From: Acidobacteriota bacterium
GTDB taxonomy: Bacteria > Acidobacteriota > Thermoanaerobaculia > UBA5066
Reading direction: 5' to 3'
DNA length: 48,109 bases
Assembly: GCA_039934255.1 (NCBI GenBank)
Contig: JBDTML010000099.1
Coordinates: forward strand, 1-48,109
The notes below the pieces were generated by a model that did no database searches, was not told the origin of the DNA, and saw only the letters and a list, made by a program, of their open reading frames with translations. Of the stretch, positions 33,746 to 43,095 are shown piece after piece; positions within the stretch are counted from its first letter, which is position 1; every line of letters begins with the position of its first letter. Both the position numbers and the translations under genes were made by a program.

Positions 33746-36565
33746 ATGAAGAGCGTTTTTCTCCTGGCTCTGCTCCTCGCCGCAGGCGCCGAAGCGGCCG
33801 ATGTTCCCGAGCCCGGCGCCCACGACGCCATCGTCGCCGCGACGACCGAGCCGCGTTTCCTCTCGCCGTGGGTCGCGGACGTGCCCGACTCGCCCACGGT
33901 CCCGTCGCCGACGAAGTTCCTCGGCCACATCGCAGGAGCTCCCGGCGAGCTCACGCGCACGGAGAGGATCTACGCGTACTTCCGCGCTCTGGCCGCCGCG
34001 ACGCCACGCGTGAAGGTCGAAACGATCGGGAAATCGGAGGAGGGTCGCGAGATCCTCCTCGCGATCGTCGGCGACGAAAAGAACCTCTCCCGCCTCGACG
34101 CCCTGAAGGCCGGCATGGCCGCGCTCGCGGATCCCCGGAAAACGGACGAAGCCGCGATGGAGCGGATCGTGGGCACGAGCCCGCCCTTCTACATGTTGCA
34201 CGGCGGCCTGCACTCGTCCGAGACGGGCAGTCCCGAGATGCTCATGGAGCTCGCATACCGGCTCGCCGTGTCGGACGCTCCGAACGTCCGCGAGATCCGC
34301 GAGCACGTCGTCGTCCTCATCAACGCCGTCGCCGAGCCCGACGGCCGCGACCGCGAGGTGGACTGGTTCTACCGCGTCCTCAAGGGCCGCACGGACTTCG
34401 ACCGGCTTCCGCCCCGGTCGCCGCCCTACTGGGGCGCGTACGTCCGCCACGACAACAACCGCGACGGCGTCCAGAGGAAGCTCGCCCTGACGCGCGCCAC
34501 GCAGGACGCCTTTCTCGCGTGGCACCCGGCGGTCGTTCACGACCTGCACGAGTCGATTCCGCTCCTGACGATCTGGACGGGAACGGGCCCGTACAACGCG
34601 AACGTGGATCCGATCACGGCGGTCGAGATCCAGGCGTTCGCGATGAACGAGGTCACGGCGCTGACCGCGTTCGGAATGCCCGGCGTGTGGACCTGGGGGT
34701 TCACGGAGGGCTGGTCGCAGTTCTACGCCGACTCCGTCGCGACGAATCACAACGCGATCGGCCGCGGATACGAGACGTTCGGCAACGCGACGGCCGAGAC
34801 GGTCGAGCGGTGGCTGGAACCCGACCGCTACAAGTACGCCGGCAAGAGCGTCACGGAGGCCGAGTGGTACCGCTCGCTGCCGGCGCCGAAGAAGCCGTTT
34901 CGCTGGTCGCTCCGCGACAACACGAACTACATGGAGACGGGCGTCCTCGCGGCCCTCCAGTATGCCGCGCGGAACGGCTCCGAAATGCTGCGGAACTTCT
35001 GGCGCCGCGGCCGGAACGCCGTGGCGAAGGGCGATGCCGAAGCGCCCTACGCGGTCGTCCTGCCCGAGGCGCAGGACGACAGGTCGCGGCTCGCCGTCCT
35101 CGTCAACCTCCTGCGCGCGCACGGAATCGAGGTGTCGCGCGCGACGGCGCCTTTCACCGTCAAGGAGGGCGCGTTTCCCGCCGGCACGTTCGTCGTGAAG
35201 ATGGCGCAGCCTTACCGGGGCTTCGCCCTGGACCTTCTCCTGCCGCAGAAGTTCCCGGAAAAGTCCGAGTGGAAACCCTACGACGACGTGAGCTGGGAGC
35301 TGCCCGCGAGCCTGGGGGTCGAGGCGAAGGCGATCGAGGATCCCGCCGTCCGGGCGATCGCGGCGGAGATCGTCACGCGCGACGTCGCGTTTCCCGGGCG
35401 GGTTGCGGGCGCGGGCCCCGTCTACCTGCTGATGGACACGGGGCAGGAAGGCCTTCTCGCGGCGCGCATCCGACTCGCGAAGTTCCACGTGGAGGCAGCC
35501 GAAGCCGCGTTCTCGTCGGAGGGGGCGAGCTTCCCTGCCGGTTCGTGGATCGTCACGGGAGGCGCGGGGCTGTCCGCGACGTTGGACGGCGCCGCAGCCG
35601 AGCTCGGCGTCGAGTTCGTGTCGGCCCTGAAGGCGCCCGACGTCGCGCGCCACGCGCTCGATCTCCCGCGCCTCGGCGTCCTTCAGACGTGGGCCGACAC
35701 GCAGTCGGCCGGTTGGGTGCGGATGATCTTCGACGAGGAGAAGATTCCGTACACGCTCGTGATGGACGAGGACGTCCGGGCCGGAAGCCTCCTCGGGCGA
35801 TTCGACGTCCTTCTCTATCCGAACACGGGCGACGACGTGGCGGAGATCGTGAACGGAATCGATCCGAAGTTCTCGCCCCTTCCCTACACGAAGACGGCCG
35901 CGTTCCCCTCGCAGGGCTCCCCGACGTCGTCCGCCGACATCACGGGAGGCCTCACCTGGAAGGGCGTCGGAAACCTGGAGGCGTTCGTGCGGGGAGGCGG
36001 GCTCCTCGTCACGCTCGGCGGTGCTTCGGTGCTGCCTCTCGACGGCGGCATCGCGCGTGACGTTTACCATCCGAAGGTGAAGGACCTCGACACGCCCGGC
36101 AGCCACCTCCGCGCGCGCTTCCGGCGGAGCGGGCATCCGCTCTCCTACGGATACAAGGAGATTGCCACGATTCTCCGTGGCAAGACGCCGGTCTACGAGG
36201 TGCGCCGGAGCGACCGCGAGCGAATCGTCCTCGCCTACGGCACGAAGCCCGACAGGGACCCGGCGTATGCGGACGACGAGGAGAAGGAGAAGGAGCGGGA
36301 AAAAGACCGGGCGAACGCGAAGGGCGTCCCGCCGCCGAAGGACCAGAAGCCCGACGAGCCGGCTCTCGTCGTGAGCGGGGGAATCAAGGGCGGAAGCGAG
36401 CTCCTGGGAAAGCCGGCAATTCTCGACATCCCGACGGGCAAGGGCCGCATCGTCGCCTTCGACTTCGATCCCATCCACCGCCTCCAGCAGCGCGCGACCT
36501 TCCGCCTCGTCTGGAACGCGATCCTGAACTGGAACGACCTGCCGCCCGAAAGCGGCAAGCCGTGA
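33746..36565 (+). CDS. large secreted M14-family zinc carboxypeptidase-like protein (939 aa)
   Basis: Signal MKSVFLLALLLAAGAEA. M14 zinc motif HGGLHSSETGSPE, NAVAEPDGRD, and a downstream H in VVHDLHES. The roughly 550-aa C-terminal region has unknown function. Confidence 0.8.
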   Translation: MKSVFLLALLLAAGAEAADVPEPGAHDAIVAATTEPRFLSPWVADVPDSPTVPSPTKFLGHIAGAPGELTRTERIYAYFRALAAATPRVKVETIGKSEEGREILLAIVGDEKNLSRLDALKAGMAALADPRKTDEAAMERIVGTSPPFYMLHGGLHSSETGSPEMLMELAYRLAVSDAPNVREIREHVVVLINAVAEPDGRDREVDWFYRVLKGRTDFDRLPPRSPPYWGAYVRHDNNRDGVQRKLALTRATQDAFLAWHPAVVHDLHESIPLLTIWTGTGPYNANVDPITAVEIQAFAMNEVTALTAFGMPGVWTWGFTEGWSQFYADSVATNHNAIGRGYETFGNATAETVERWLEPDRYKYAGKSVTEAEWYRSLPAPKKPFRWSLRDNTNYMETGVLAALQYAARNGSEMLRNFWRRGRNAVAKGDAEAPYAVVLPEAQDDRSRLAVLVNLLRAHGIEVSRATAPFTVKEGAFPAGTFVVKMAQPYRGFALDLLLPQKFPEKSEWKPYDDVSWELPASLGVEAKAIEDPAVRAIAAEIVTRDVAFPGRVAGAGPVYLLMDTGQEGLLAARIRLAKFHVEAAEAAFSSEGASFPAGSWIVTGGAGLSATLDGAAAELGVEFVSALKAPDVARHALDLPRLGVLQTWADTQSAGWVRMIFDEEKIPYTLVMDEDVRAGSLLGRFDVLLYPNTGDDVAEIVNGIDPKFSPLPYTKTAAFPSQGSPTSSADITGGLTWKGVGNLEAFVRGGGLLVTLGGASVLPLDGGIARDVYHPKVKDLDTPGSHLRARFRRSGHPLSYGYKEIATILRGKTPVYEVRRSDRERIVLAYGTKPDRDPAYADDEEKEKEREKDRANAKGVPPPKDQKPDEPALVVSGGIKGGSELLGKPAILDIPTGKGRIVAFDFDPIHRLQQRATFRLVWNAILNWNDLPPESGKP

Positions 36566-36580
36566 GGAGCGCTCCGAACC

Positions 36581-38680
36581 TCAGGAGACTTCTTTGAGGA
36601 GCTTCCGGACTTCCGCGCGCTCTCGCGCGTAACGGGCTTCGGGCGCAGAAGCGAGGAACTTCTCGAAGGACTGCTTCGCGCGCGCCCGGTCGCCGATCTT
36701 CAGGGCCACGAGCCCCATGTTGTAGAGCGCGTCGTATTCCTCCGGGCCGTACTCGACGCACCGCGCCCAGGCGTCGAGCGCCTTCGCCGGCGCGTCCGAG
36801 CGCATCCACGCGACGCCGAGCGCGTTCCAGGCCTTCGGGTTACGGAGGCCCAGCGCGATCGACTTCTCGAGGGCCTCGCGCGCCTTCTCGACGCTGCCCG
36901 GACGATCGCCCTTCAGGAGCGCGATCCCGATGTTCTGGAAGGCCTGGACGTTCGAGGGATCCGCCGCGAGCACGCGCCGGAATACCTCGAGGGCGTCGTC
37001 GATCTTCCCCGAGTCGGCGAGCGCGATGCCGAGCGCGTTCAGGGTCTCGGCGTCGCGGCTCTTCGCGTAGTGGCCGAGGAGCGCGGCCGCGTCGCGGGGC
37101 CGGCCCTCTTCGGCGAGAAGGAGCCCGTGGCGCCGGTCGAGAGCCTCGCTCGCGACGCCGTTCGCCGCGGCCCGCTCGAGGACCTTGATCGCCCCGGCCG
37201 CGTCTCCCTTCTCCTCGAGGAGAAACGCGAGGTGCTGGTACCCGAGCTGCATCTTCGGATTCCGGGCGACGAGCTCGCGCGTGACGCGCAGCGCGCCGGC
37301 CTTGTCTCCGCGCTCGTAGAGCTCGACCGCCTGGTGGATCTGGCGGTCGACTGCGATCAGGTTCTTGGGATCGTCCGCCAGGCCGTACGAGCCCTTCGCT
37401 GCAGAGGAACCGGAAAGATAGCCGAGGCTCCTGAGCCGCGCGGCCTGGTCCGCGTCGGTCTTTCCGGGCTCGACGGGGCCGGTCGGGAACCGCAGGAGCT
37501 CGGCGCGCATCTTCCGGAGCGCCGGGAGGCGCTGCGCCGCCAGATTGTTCTTTTCCGCCGGGTCCTTCGTCAGGTCGTATTGCTCGGGGACCGGGAGGTC
37601 GATGTACTTCTGCCCGTCCTCGAGGAGCCCGCGCAGCGGCGCCCAGCCGCGCGTGAAGCTCGCCGAGAGCGACTCGAAGTACGACGTTCGCGAGGCCGCC
37701 GCCGCCCGGTCCGACAGGAGAGACGCCCCCGGAAGCTGCCGCGCGGTGCGGTCGCCGACGGCGTCGAGGATCGTCGGGAGGATGTCGATGTGCCGGGCGA
37801 GCGCGGTGTCGCGGCCTTTCCGGGGCAGCTCCCGCGACCAGAGAAAGAGCGGCACGTGGAGCGTCGCCTCGTACGCGAAGAGGCCGTGCGTCAGCTCGCC
37901 GTGCTCGCCGAGCGACTCGCCGTGGTCCGCCGTGACGACGAGAAGCGTGGGCGGGGCGTCGGCCGCGCGGACCGCGTCGAGGAGCGGGGCGAGGGCCGCG
38001 TCCGCGAACGCGACGTCGCCGAGGTAGAGGTTGTCCGCGAAACGCTTTCGGAACTCGGCGGGCGGATCGTACGGCGCGTGCGGGTCGTAGACGTGGACCC
38101 ACAGGAAGCGGGGGCGCCCGGCCTGCTTGCGGTACCAGTCGAGCGCCGCCGAGACGACCACGGGACCGGCGGCCTGCTGGACGCGGAAGTCCGTCGAGTC
38201 CTCCGACTGGCGGTAGAGCATGTCGTAGACGTCGAACCCGCGGGCAAGGCCGTAGCGCGAGTCCAGCGGAAAGGCCGCGACGAAGGCGCCGGTCGCGTAT
38301 CCCCGTTCACGGAGGATCGTCGCGGCCGTCGCGAACCGGTCCTCGAGGCGAAAGCCCGTGTTGTCCCTCACGCCGTGCTGGAACGGGTAGAGCCCCGTCA
38401 GGATGTTCACGTGCGACGGGAGAGTCAAGACGTTCTGCCCGTGCGCGAACGAGAAGACGAGCCCGTCCGCCGCGGCGGCGTCGAGGTGCGGCGTCGTGCC
38501 GCGCGTGTTTCCGCCGAACCCCACGGCGTCCGCACGGCAGGTGTCGATCGTCACGAGGACGACGTCGCGGATTGGCCGGGGCGCTCCCTCGGCCGAGGCG
38601 ATCCGCCAGAGGGGGAAGGCAGCCGCGACGAGGACGGCCAGGGCGGCGAGGACGAGGACGCGCTCAACCCGGAACTTCAT
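36581..38680 (-). CDS. sulfatase-like hydrolase/transferase fused to C-terminal TPR repeats
   Basis: N-terminal membrane anchor. Alkaline-phosphatase-superfamily motifs VLVTIDTCRADA, NVLTLPSHVNILTGLYP, VTADHGESLGEHG. C-terminal TPR-like repeats (ALNALGIALADSGKIDDALEVFRRVLAADP and others). Confidence 0.85.
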   Translation of the reverse strand: MKFRVERVLVLAALAVLVAAAFPLWRIASAEGAPRPIRDVVLVTIDTCRADAVGFGGNTRGTTPHLDAAAADGLVFSFAHGQNVLTLPSHVNILTGLYPFQHGVRDNTGFRLEDRFATAATILRERGYATGAFVAAFPLDSRYGLARGFDVYDMLYRQSEDSTDFRVQQAAGPVVVSAALDWYRKQAGRPRFLWVHVYDPHAPYDPPAEFRKRFADNLYLGDVAFADAALAPLLDAVRAADAPPTLLVVTADHGESLGEHGELTHGLFAYEATLHVPLFLWSRELPRKGRDTALARHIDILPTILDAVGDRTARQLPGASLLSDRAAAASRTSYFESLSASFTRGWAPLRGLLEDGQKYIDLPVPEQYDLTKDPAEKNNLAAQRLPALRKMRAELLRFPTGPVEPGKTDADQAARLRSLGYLSGSSAAKGSYGLADDPKNLIAVDRQIHQAVELYERGDKAGALRVTRELVARNPKMQLGYQHLAFLLEEKGDAAGAIKVLERAAANGVASEALDRRHGLLLAEEGRPRDAAALLGHYAKSRDAETLNALGIALADSGKIDDALEVFRRVLAADPSNVQAFQNIGIALLKGDRPGSVEKAREALEKSIALGLRNPKAWNALGVAWMRSDAPAKALDAWARCVEYGPEEYDALYNMGLVALKIGDRARAKQSFEKFLASAPEARYARERAEVRKLLKEVS

Positions 38681-38697
38681 CAGGAGGAGAGTAGGAC

Positions 38698-38731
38698 AAA
38701 AAAAGGCCCGCCCGGAATCTCCGGGCGGGCC
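38698..38731 (-). terminator. rho-independent terminator of the TonB-dependent receptor gene
   Basis: On the minus strand: ggcccgcccgg-agatt-ccgggcgggcc (11-bp perfect GC-rich stem, 38705-38731) followed by a run of 7 U (38698-38704). Confidence 0.85.
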
Positions 38732-38751
38732 TCGTGATCGGGCCTGGATTC

Positions 38752-41664
38752 CTAGAAGAAGACGCGCGCGCCCAGCCTCACGATCCGCGGGCTCTGCACC
38801 TGGGTCGGCAGGTTGAAGGTCGGGTTCGCCGTGAAGACGCCGCGGTCAATGGCCCCCGTGCGGTTGTCGCGAGAGGTCACCGTTGCGCTGTTGAAGACGT
38901 TGAAGACGTCGATCGACGCCGTCGTCGAGACCGGCCCGATCCGGAACGTCTTCTCGAAGCGCATGTCGAATTCGTAGACGTTGTCGAGCCGGTAGTCGTC
39001 GACGTGGCCGATCTGGATGTTGTAACGGTTCGCGCTGCCGAGGGCGTCTCGGGCCCTCACCTGCACGTAGTAGGGAATCGAGTACCCCTCGCGCGCGAAC
39101 AGGTTGCCGCCGACGTTGATCCCGAAGGGCAGCTCGTAGAGGCCCGTAATGTTGGCCTGCCACCGGGCGTCGTAGCCGGGGTTCGAGCTGTCGCTCGCGA
39201 CGGCGAGGCCGCCGCTGTCGTTCGTGCCCCCGAGGAGATTGTTCCTGTTGACGATCGATTCGGCGGTCAGGTACTGGCGCCAGTTGTTGTAGCCGAAGCC
39301 CGCCCGCATCATCCATTTGTTAGACATCCGCTTGATGAACTGGACCTCGACGCCGTTGTATCTCTGGTAGGCGCCGGTTTGGTTCTCGTAGATGTTGCCA
39401 GGAGGCGCCGACGGCGTGTTCAGCTTGTAGTAGGGCTCGTTGAAGTTGAGGCGGAAGCCGTTCGTCCCGACCGCGGTCCCGGTCGCGAACCCGCCGGCGA
39501 CGTAGTCGTTCGCCGTGACGCCTACGAGCGGGCTCCTCTGGATGTTCGAGATGTAGCGGTACGTGTAGTTGGCGGACACGGAGAAGTCGGTCATGAGCTC
39601 ATGGTCGAAGCCGACGATGAATTCGTCGGTCCTCGGCGCCTTGTAATCCGCCGCGATGACGTTCGGCGTCCTCGGCGCGTAGCTCGGGTCGATGCGGTAG
39701 AAGCCCTGGGACCCGCTCGCGAGGTCGACCTCACCGGGCTGGACGATCTTGTCGTTGTTCGTGTCGTTCCAGTAGTAGTAGACGCCGCTGATGACGGGCA
39801 GTCCGTTGACGTGGTAGACGACGTTGCGGAGCTGGTCGGAGAAGCGCGCGTAGGACGCCCGGGCAAGGGTCTTCTTCTTCTCGCCAAGCGCGTACGTCAG
39901 GCCGACCCGGGGGTTCCAATTGCGGTAGGTGATCGGATAGCCGTCGTCCCCGGCGTACGTAACCGCCGGCAGGAGGTTCGGGAACGCGGGATTCGCGCCC
40001 ACCTGGGAGGGGAGGTTCGCACCCTGCTGGTAGTCGAACCTGAGGCCCGCGTTGACGGTCAGCCGGTCCACGGTGAACGTGTCGCTGACCCACGCCTCGG
40101 TGTAGTTCATCTTGAAGCTGGTGGCCGCCCCGCGCGTCAGGGCCGCGTAGCACGAGTCGCCGTTCTTGCCGCAGTGAGGGCTCCCGCTCGACGACGTGTC
40201 GGAGCCGAAGATCTGGTCACCCGGCCATGCCGACTCGGACTGCGTGACGGAGTGGCGGTACTGGAACCCGAATTTCAGCTCGTGGGCGATCGAGCCGGTG
40301 TTGAAGAAATTCGAGGCCGTGAGATTCGCGTGGTGCTGCGGGCTGTTGATGATGGAGTTCCGGTAGCTGTTGTGGGCCACCGCCCCGCCGTTGTCGAAGT
40401 AGACCTGCTTGTCCGGCCCCCCGACGGGGAGCAGGCGGTACGGCTCGTCGACGTAGCCGAAGAACGCGGTCGCGAAGAGGTTCGAGGAGAAAATGTGGGA
40501 GTCCTGGATCTTGACGACGGTCGTCGGTCCGGTCTGGTTCCAGGCCGTCTCCGCGGGCCGCGTCGTCGAGGCGCCGCGGCCGTTGACGATCTTCTCGTTC
40601 CGGTTGTAGAGGACCTCGGCGGAGTTCTGGTCCGTCACCTGCGCGTTCAGCTTGGCGTTCCAGTTCTCGAGTGTCGTGAGTGAGACGAGGGGATTGCCCG
40701 AGAAGTCGGCCTGGCCCGTCTGGTCGAGGTTGATGTCCTGGCGTGACGCTCCCGCCCAGAGCCAGACACGGTCCTTCAGGATCGGGCCGCCCATCTCGAG
40801 GCCGTACTCCCGGATGAAGCGGGTCTGATTGCCCTGGAAGTTCGGGATCGCCGCGACCTCGCTGTTCGTGTTGTCCGACTGGAGCTGGTTCGGCGCGTAG
40901 AAGAAGCGCCCGGAGCCCTTCCACTCGTTCGTGCCGCGCTTCGTGACCATGTTGATCGTCACGCCGCCGGTGTTGAGCGAGAGGTCCGATCCGCCCGTGG
41001 CGACCTGGACTTCCTGGAACGCGTCGAAATCGAAATACTGCGCCGAGAGGCCGTTCGAGCCGTTGTCCGTGACGTTCACGCCGTCGTAGATGTACGTGCT
41101 CTGGTAGGAGCCCTTCCCCACGAAATCGGCCTGGGAGCCGCTCGTGTTGCCCGCGACGTTGATGCGGTTGACCTGCACGCCGGGGACCTGCTGCATGACG
41201 ACCCACACGTCGCGCGCGGTCGGGACCTGCTGCAGCTCCGCCTGCGCGAAGGTCGCGCCCGTCTCGGTCTTGCGCGTGTCGATCAGGGGGGTCGCGGCCG
41301 TGACGGTCATCGTCTCCTGCCGCGTCGACAGAGTCATCTGCACGGCGAACGAGGTGTTCTTGCCGAGCGTGACGACGACGTTCTGCTGGACGACCTTGGC
41401 GAAGCTGGCCAGCTCGACCGTCGCCGTGTAGGTGGCGGGCGCGAGACCCAGGAAACGGAAATCGCCGCGGGCGTCGGTCGTCGTGACGAGCGGCCGGATG
41501 GTCGGGCCGGTCAGGGTCGCCGTCGCGCCCGGCAGCGCGCCGCCGCTCGCGTCCGTGACGCGGCCGTAGACGTTGCCAGAGTCGTTTGCGGCCATCAACG
41601 TCGGGGCCGCCGTTGTAATGAGCAGAACGCCGAGAACGCCGAGAACCCGAAGAGCTCTTCTCAT
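38752..41664 (-). CDS. TonB-dependent receptor with N-terminal carboxypeptidase-regulatory-like domain (Oar-like)
   Basis: Signal MRRALRVLGVLGVLLITTAAPTLMA. GRVTDASGGALPGATATL...DARGDFRFLGLAPATYT (CarboxypepD_reg), plug VPGVQVNRINVAGNTSG, beta-barrel, C-terminal ...RLGARVFF. The ATG is the complement of cat 41662-41664. Confidence 0.9.
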   Translation of the reverse strand: MRRALRVLGVLGVLLITTAAPTLMAANDSGNVYGRVTDASGGALPGATATLTGPTIRPLVTTTDARGDFRFLGLAPATYTATVELASFAKVVQQNVVVTLGKNTSFAVQMTLSTRQETMTVTAATPLIDTRKTETGATFAQAELQQVPTARDVWVVMQQVPGVQVNRINVAGNTSGSQADFVGKGSYQSTYIYDGVNVTDNGSNGLSAQYFDFDAFQEVQVATGGSDLSLNTGGVTINMVTKRGTNEWKGSGRFFYAPNQLQSDNTNSEVAAIPNFQGNQTRFIREYGLEMGGPILKDRVWLWAGASRQDINLDQTGQADFSGNPLVSLTTLENWNAKLNAQVTDQNSAEVLYNRNEKIVNGRGASTTRPAETAWNQTGPTTVVKIQDSHIFSSNLFATAFFGYVDEPYRLLPVGGPDKQVYFDNGGAVAHNSYRNSIINSPQHHANLTASNFFNTGSIAHELKFGFQYRHSVTQSESAWPGDQIFGSDTSSSGSPHCGKNGDSCYAALTRGAATSFKMNYTEAWVSDTFTVDRLTVNAGLRFDYQQGANLPSQVGANPAFPNLLPAVTYAGDDGYPITYRNWNPRVGLTYALGEKKKTLARASYARFSDQLRNVVYHVNGLPVISGVYYYWNDTNNDKIVQPGEVDLASGSQGFYRIDPSYAPRTPNVIAADYKAPRTDEFIVGFDHELMTDFSVSANYTYRYISNIQRSPLVGVTANDYVAGGFATGTAVGTNGFRLNFNEPYYKLNTPSAPPGNIYENQTGAYQRYNGVEVQFIKRMSNKWMMRAGFGYNNWRQYLTAESIVNRNNLLGGTNDSGGLAVASDSSNPGYDARWQANITGLYELPFGINVGGNLFAREGYSIPYYVQVRARDALGSANRYNIQIGHVDDYRLDNVYEFDMRFEKTFRIGPVSTTASIDVFNVFNSATVTSRDNRTGAIDRGVFTANPTFNLPTQVQSPRIVRLGARVFF

Positions 41665-41748
41665 GCACTTCCTCCTCGAAATAAAGGAATCCGGACAGGT
41701 TGTCGTTCGGCAGTCTATCGTTAAACGAACCGAGGGAGGACGCGGAAG

Positions 41749-43074
41749 ATGAAGAAAGCGGCCGCAGCGGCGGTGGGCCTCGTGGTGGCGGGGATCGCCT
41801 TCGCCCAGACGTCCCCGGAGCCGAAGCTGACGTGGGACGAGAGCCTTTCCGTGGAGGCGCGCCGGATCCGGAAACCCGAGCCGCCCGAGGCGCTTCCCTG
41901 GGACGACCGGGTAGCCCGGCTTCTCCGCGAGGAGCCCGGGGACGTCGTCGTGACGGCCGTCGGGGACATGATCTTCAACGAGAAAATCAGCGATCGCGCG
42001 GAGCCGGAGCGCCGAAATCTCCTCCGGATCCTGCGCGAAGCGGACGTCGCCTACGGAAACCTGGAGTTCTCGATCAACGAGCACCCCGAGCTCCAGAGCA
42101 CGTTCTACAACTTCCGGGTCGGCCGGGAGTTCGCCTGGGAAGTCGCCGCCATCGGGATCAACCTCGTGAGTCTGGCGAACAACCACGCCCTCGACTTCGG
42201 CACGGCCGGACTCCGCGACACGATGAAGGCTCTCGACCAGAGCGGGATCTCGTACGCGGGCGCCGGCCCGACGCTCGCGAAGGCGCGGCAGGCCGTGCGG
42301 AAGAAGGTGCAGGGGCAGAAGACGCGCTTCGCGCTCGTCTCGGCGATGCGCTACTGGACGGACAAGTACCGCTGCGCCGATCCGGCCGGACCCTGCCTCG
42401 CGACGATCAATCCCGCGGCGATCCTCGTCGCGAAGCCCGGTGGCGGCGTCGAGACGGTCGAAGGGCCGATCGAGGAAGACGTCAAGGCGTTCGAGGACGA
42501 CATCGTTCTCGCGAAGCGGCGCGGGGACGTGGTCGCGGCCTCCCTGCACATCCACGACGTCAGTCACGCGCGGGCCTACGGGATCCAGGACACGACGCCG
42601 AAGAACGAGGAGATCGTGTTCCGGAAGGCCGTCGACGCCGGCGCCGACGTCGTCTTTGGGAACGGCCCCCACGTTCTCCGCGGCATCGAGATCTACAAGG
42701 GGAAGCCCATCTTCTACAGCCTCGGCGACTTCATCTACCAGTACCGGACCCCGAAGAAGATTCCGGTCGACCTCGTCCACCAGCGGGACTCGGAGATCGA
42801 CCGGCCGGCTAACGTCTCGGTCTTCGATCGCCGGGACCCGCGCGAGGTCATGGAGAGCGTCCTCGTCCGGATGACGCTGAACAAGGACCGCCTGAAGAGG
42901 ATCGAGCTCATCCCCGTGACGATCGACGACGAAGGGCCGCTCTACGGAGCTCCGCGCCTCGCGGGGACGAAGCGGGGCGCCGAGATCCTCGAGCTCCTCG
43001 CGAAGCTCTCCGCGCCCTACGGGACGAAGATCGTCACGAAGGGCTGGTACGGCGAGGTCGTCCTCGGCCCGTAG
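41749..43074 (+). CDS. secreted CapA-family (PGA_cap, metallophosphatase-fold) protein
   Basis: Signal MKKAAAAAVGLVVAGIAFAQ. VVTAVGDMIF, ADVAYGNLE, NLVSLANNHALDFG, ISYAGAG, SLHIHD. Confidence 0.82.
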   Translation: MKKAAAAAVGLVVAGIAFAQTSPEPKLTWDESLSVEARRIRKPEPPEALPWDDRVARLLREEPGDVVVTAVGDMIFNEKISDRAEPERRNLLRILREADVAYGNLEFSINEHPELQSTFYNFRVGREFAWEVAAIGINLVSLANNHALDFGTAGLRDTMKALDQSGISYAGAGPTLAKARQAVRKKVQGQKTRFALVSAMRYWTDKYRCADPAGPCLATINPAAILVAKPGGGVETVEGPIEEDVKAFEDDIVLAKRRGDVVAASLHIHDVSHARAYGIQDTTPKNEEIVFRKAVDAGADVVFGNGPHVLRGIEIYKGKPIFYSLGDFIYQYRTPKKIPVDLVHQRDSEIDRPANVSVFDRRDPREVMESVLVRMTLNKDRLKRIELIPVTIDDEGPLYGAPRLAGTKRGAEILELLAKLSAPYGTKIVTKGWYGEVVLGP

Positions 43075-43095
43075 CCGCTCGTTCCGCGCTCGGGC

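Noticed and set aside
36563-36585. Hairpin tgagg-agcgctccgaa-cctca spanning both convergent stop codons (contains the 10-bp palindrome ggagcgctcc)
   Set aside because: The stem is only 5 bp with no U-tract on either strand. That is too weak to call a bidirectional terminator.
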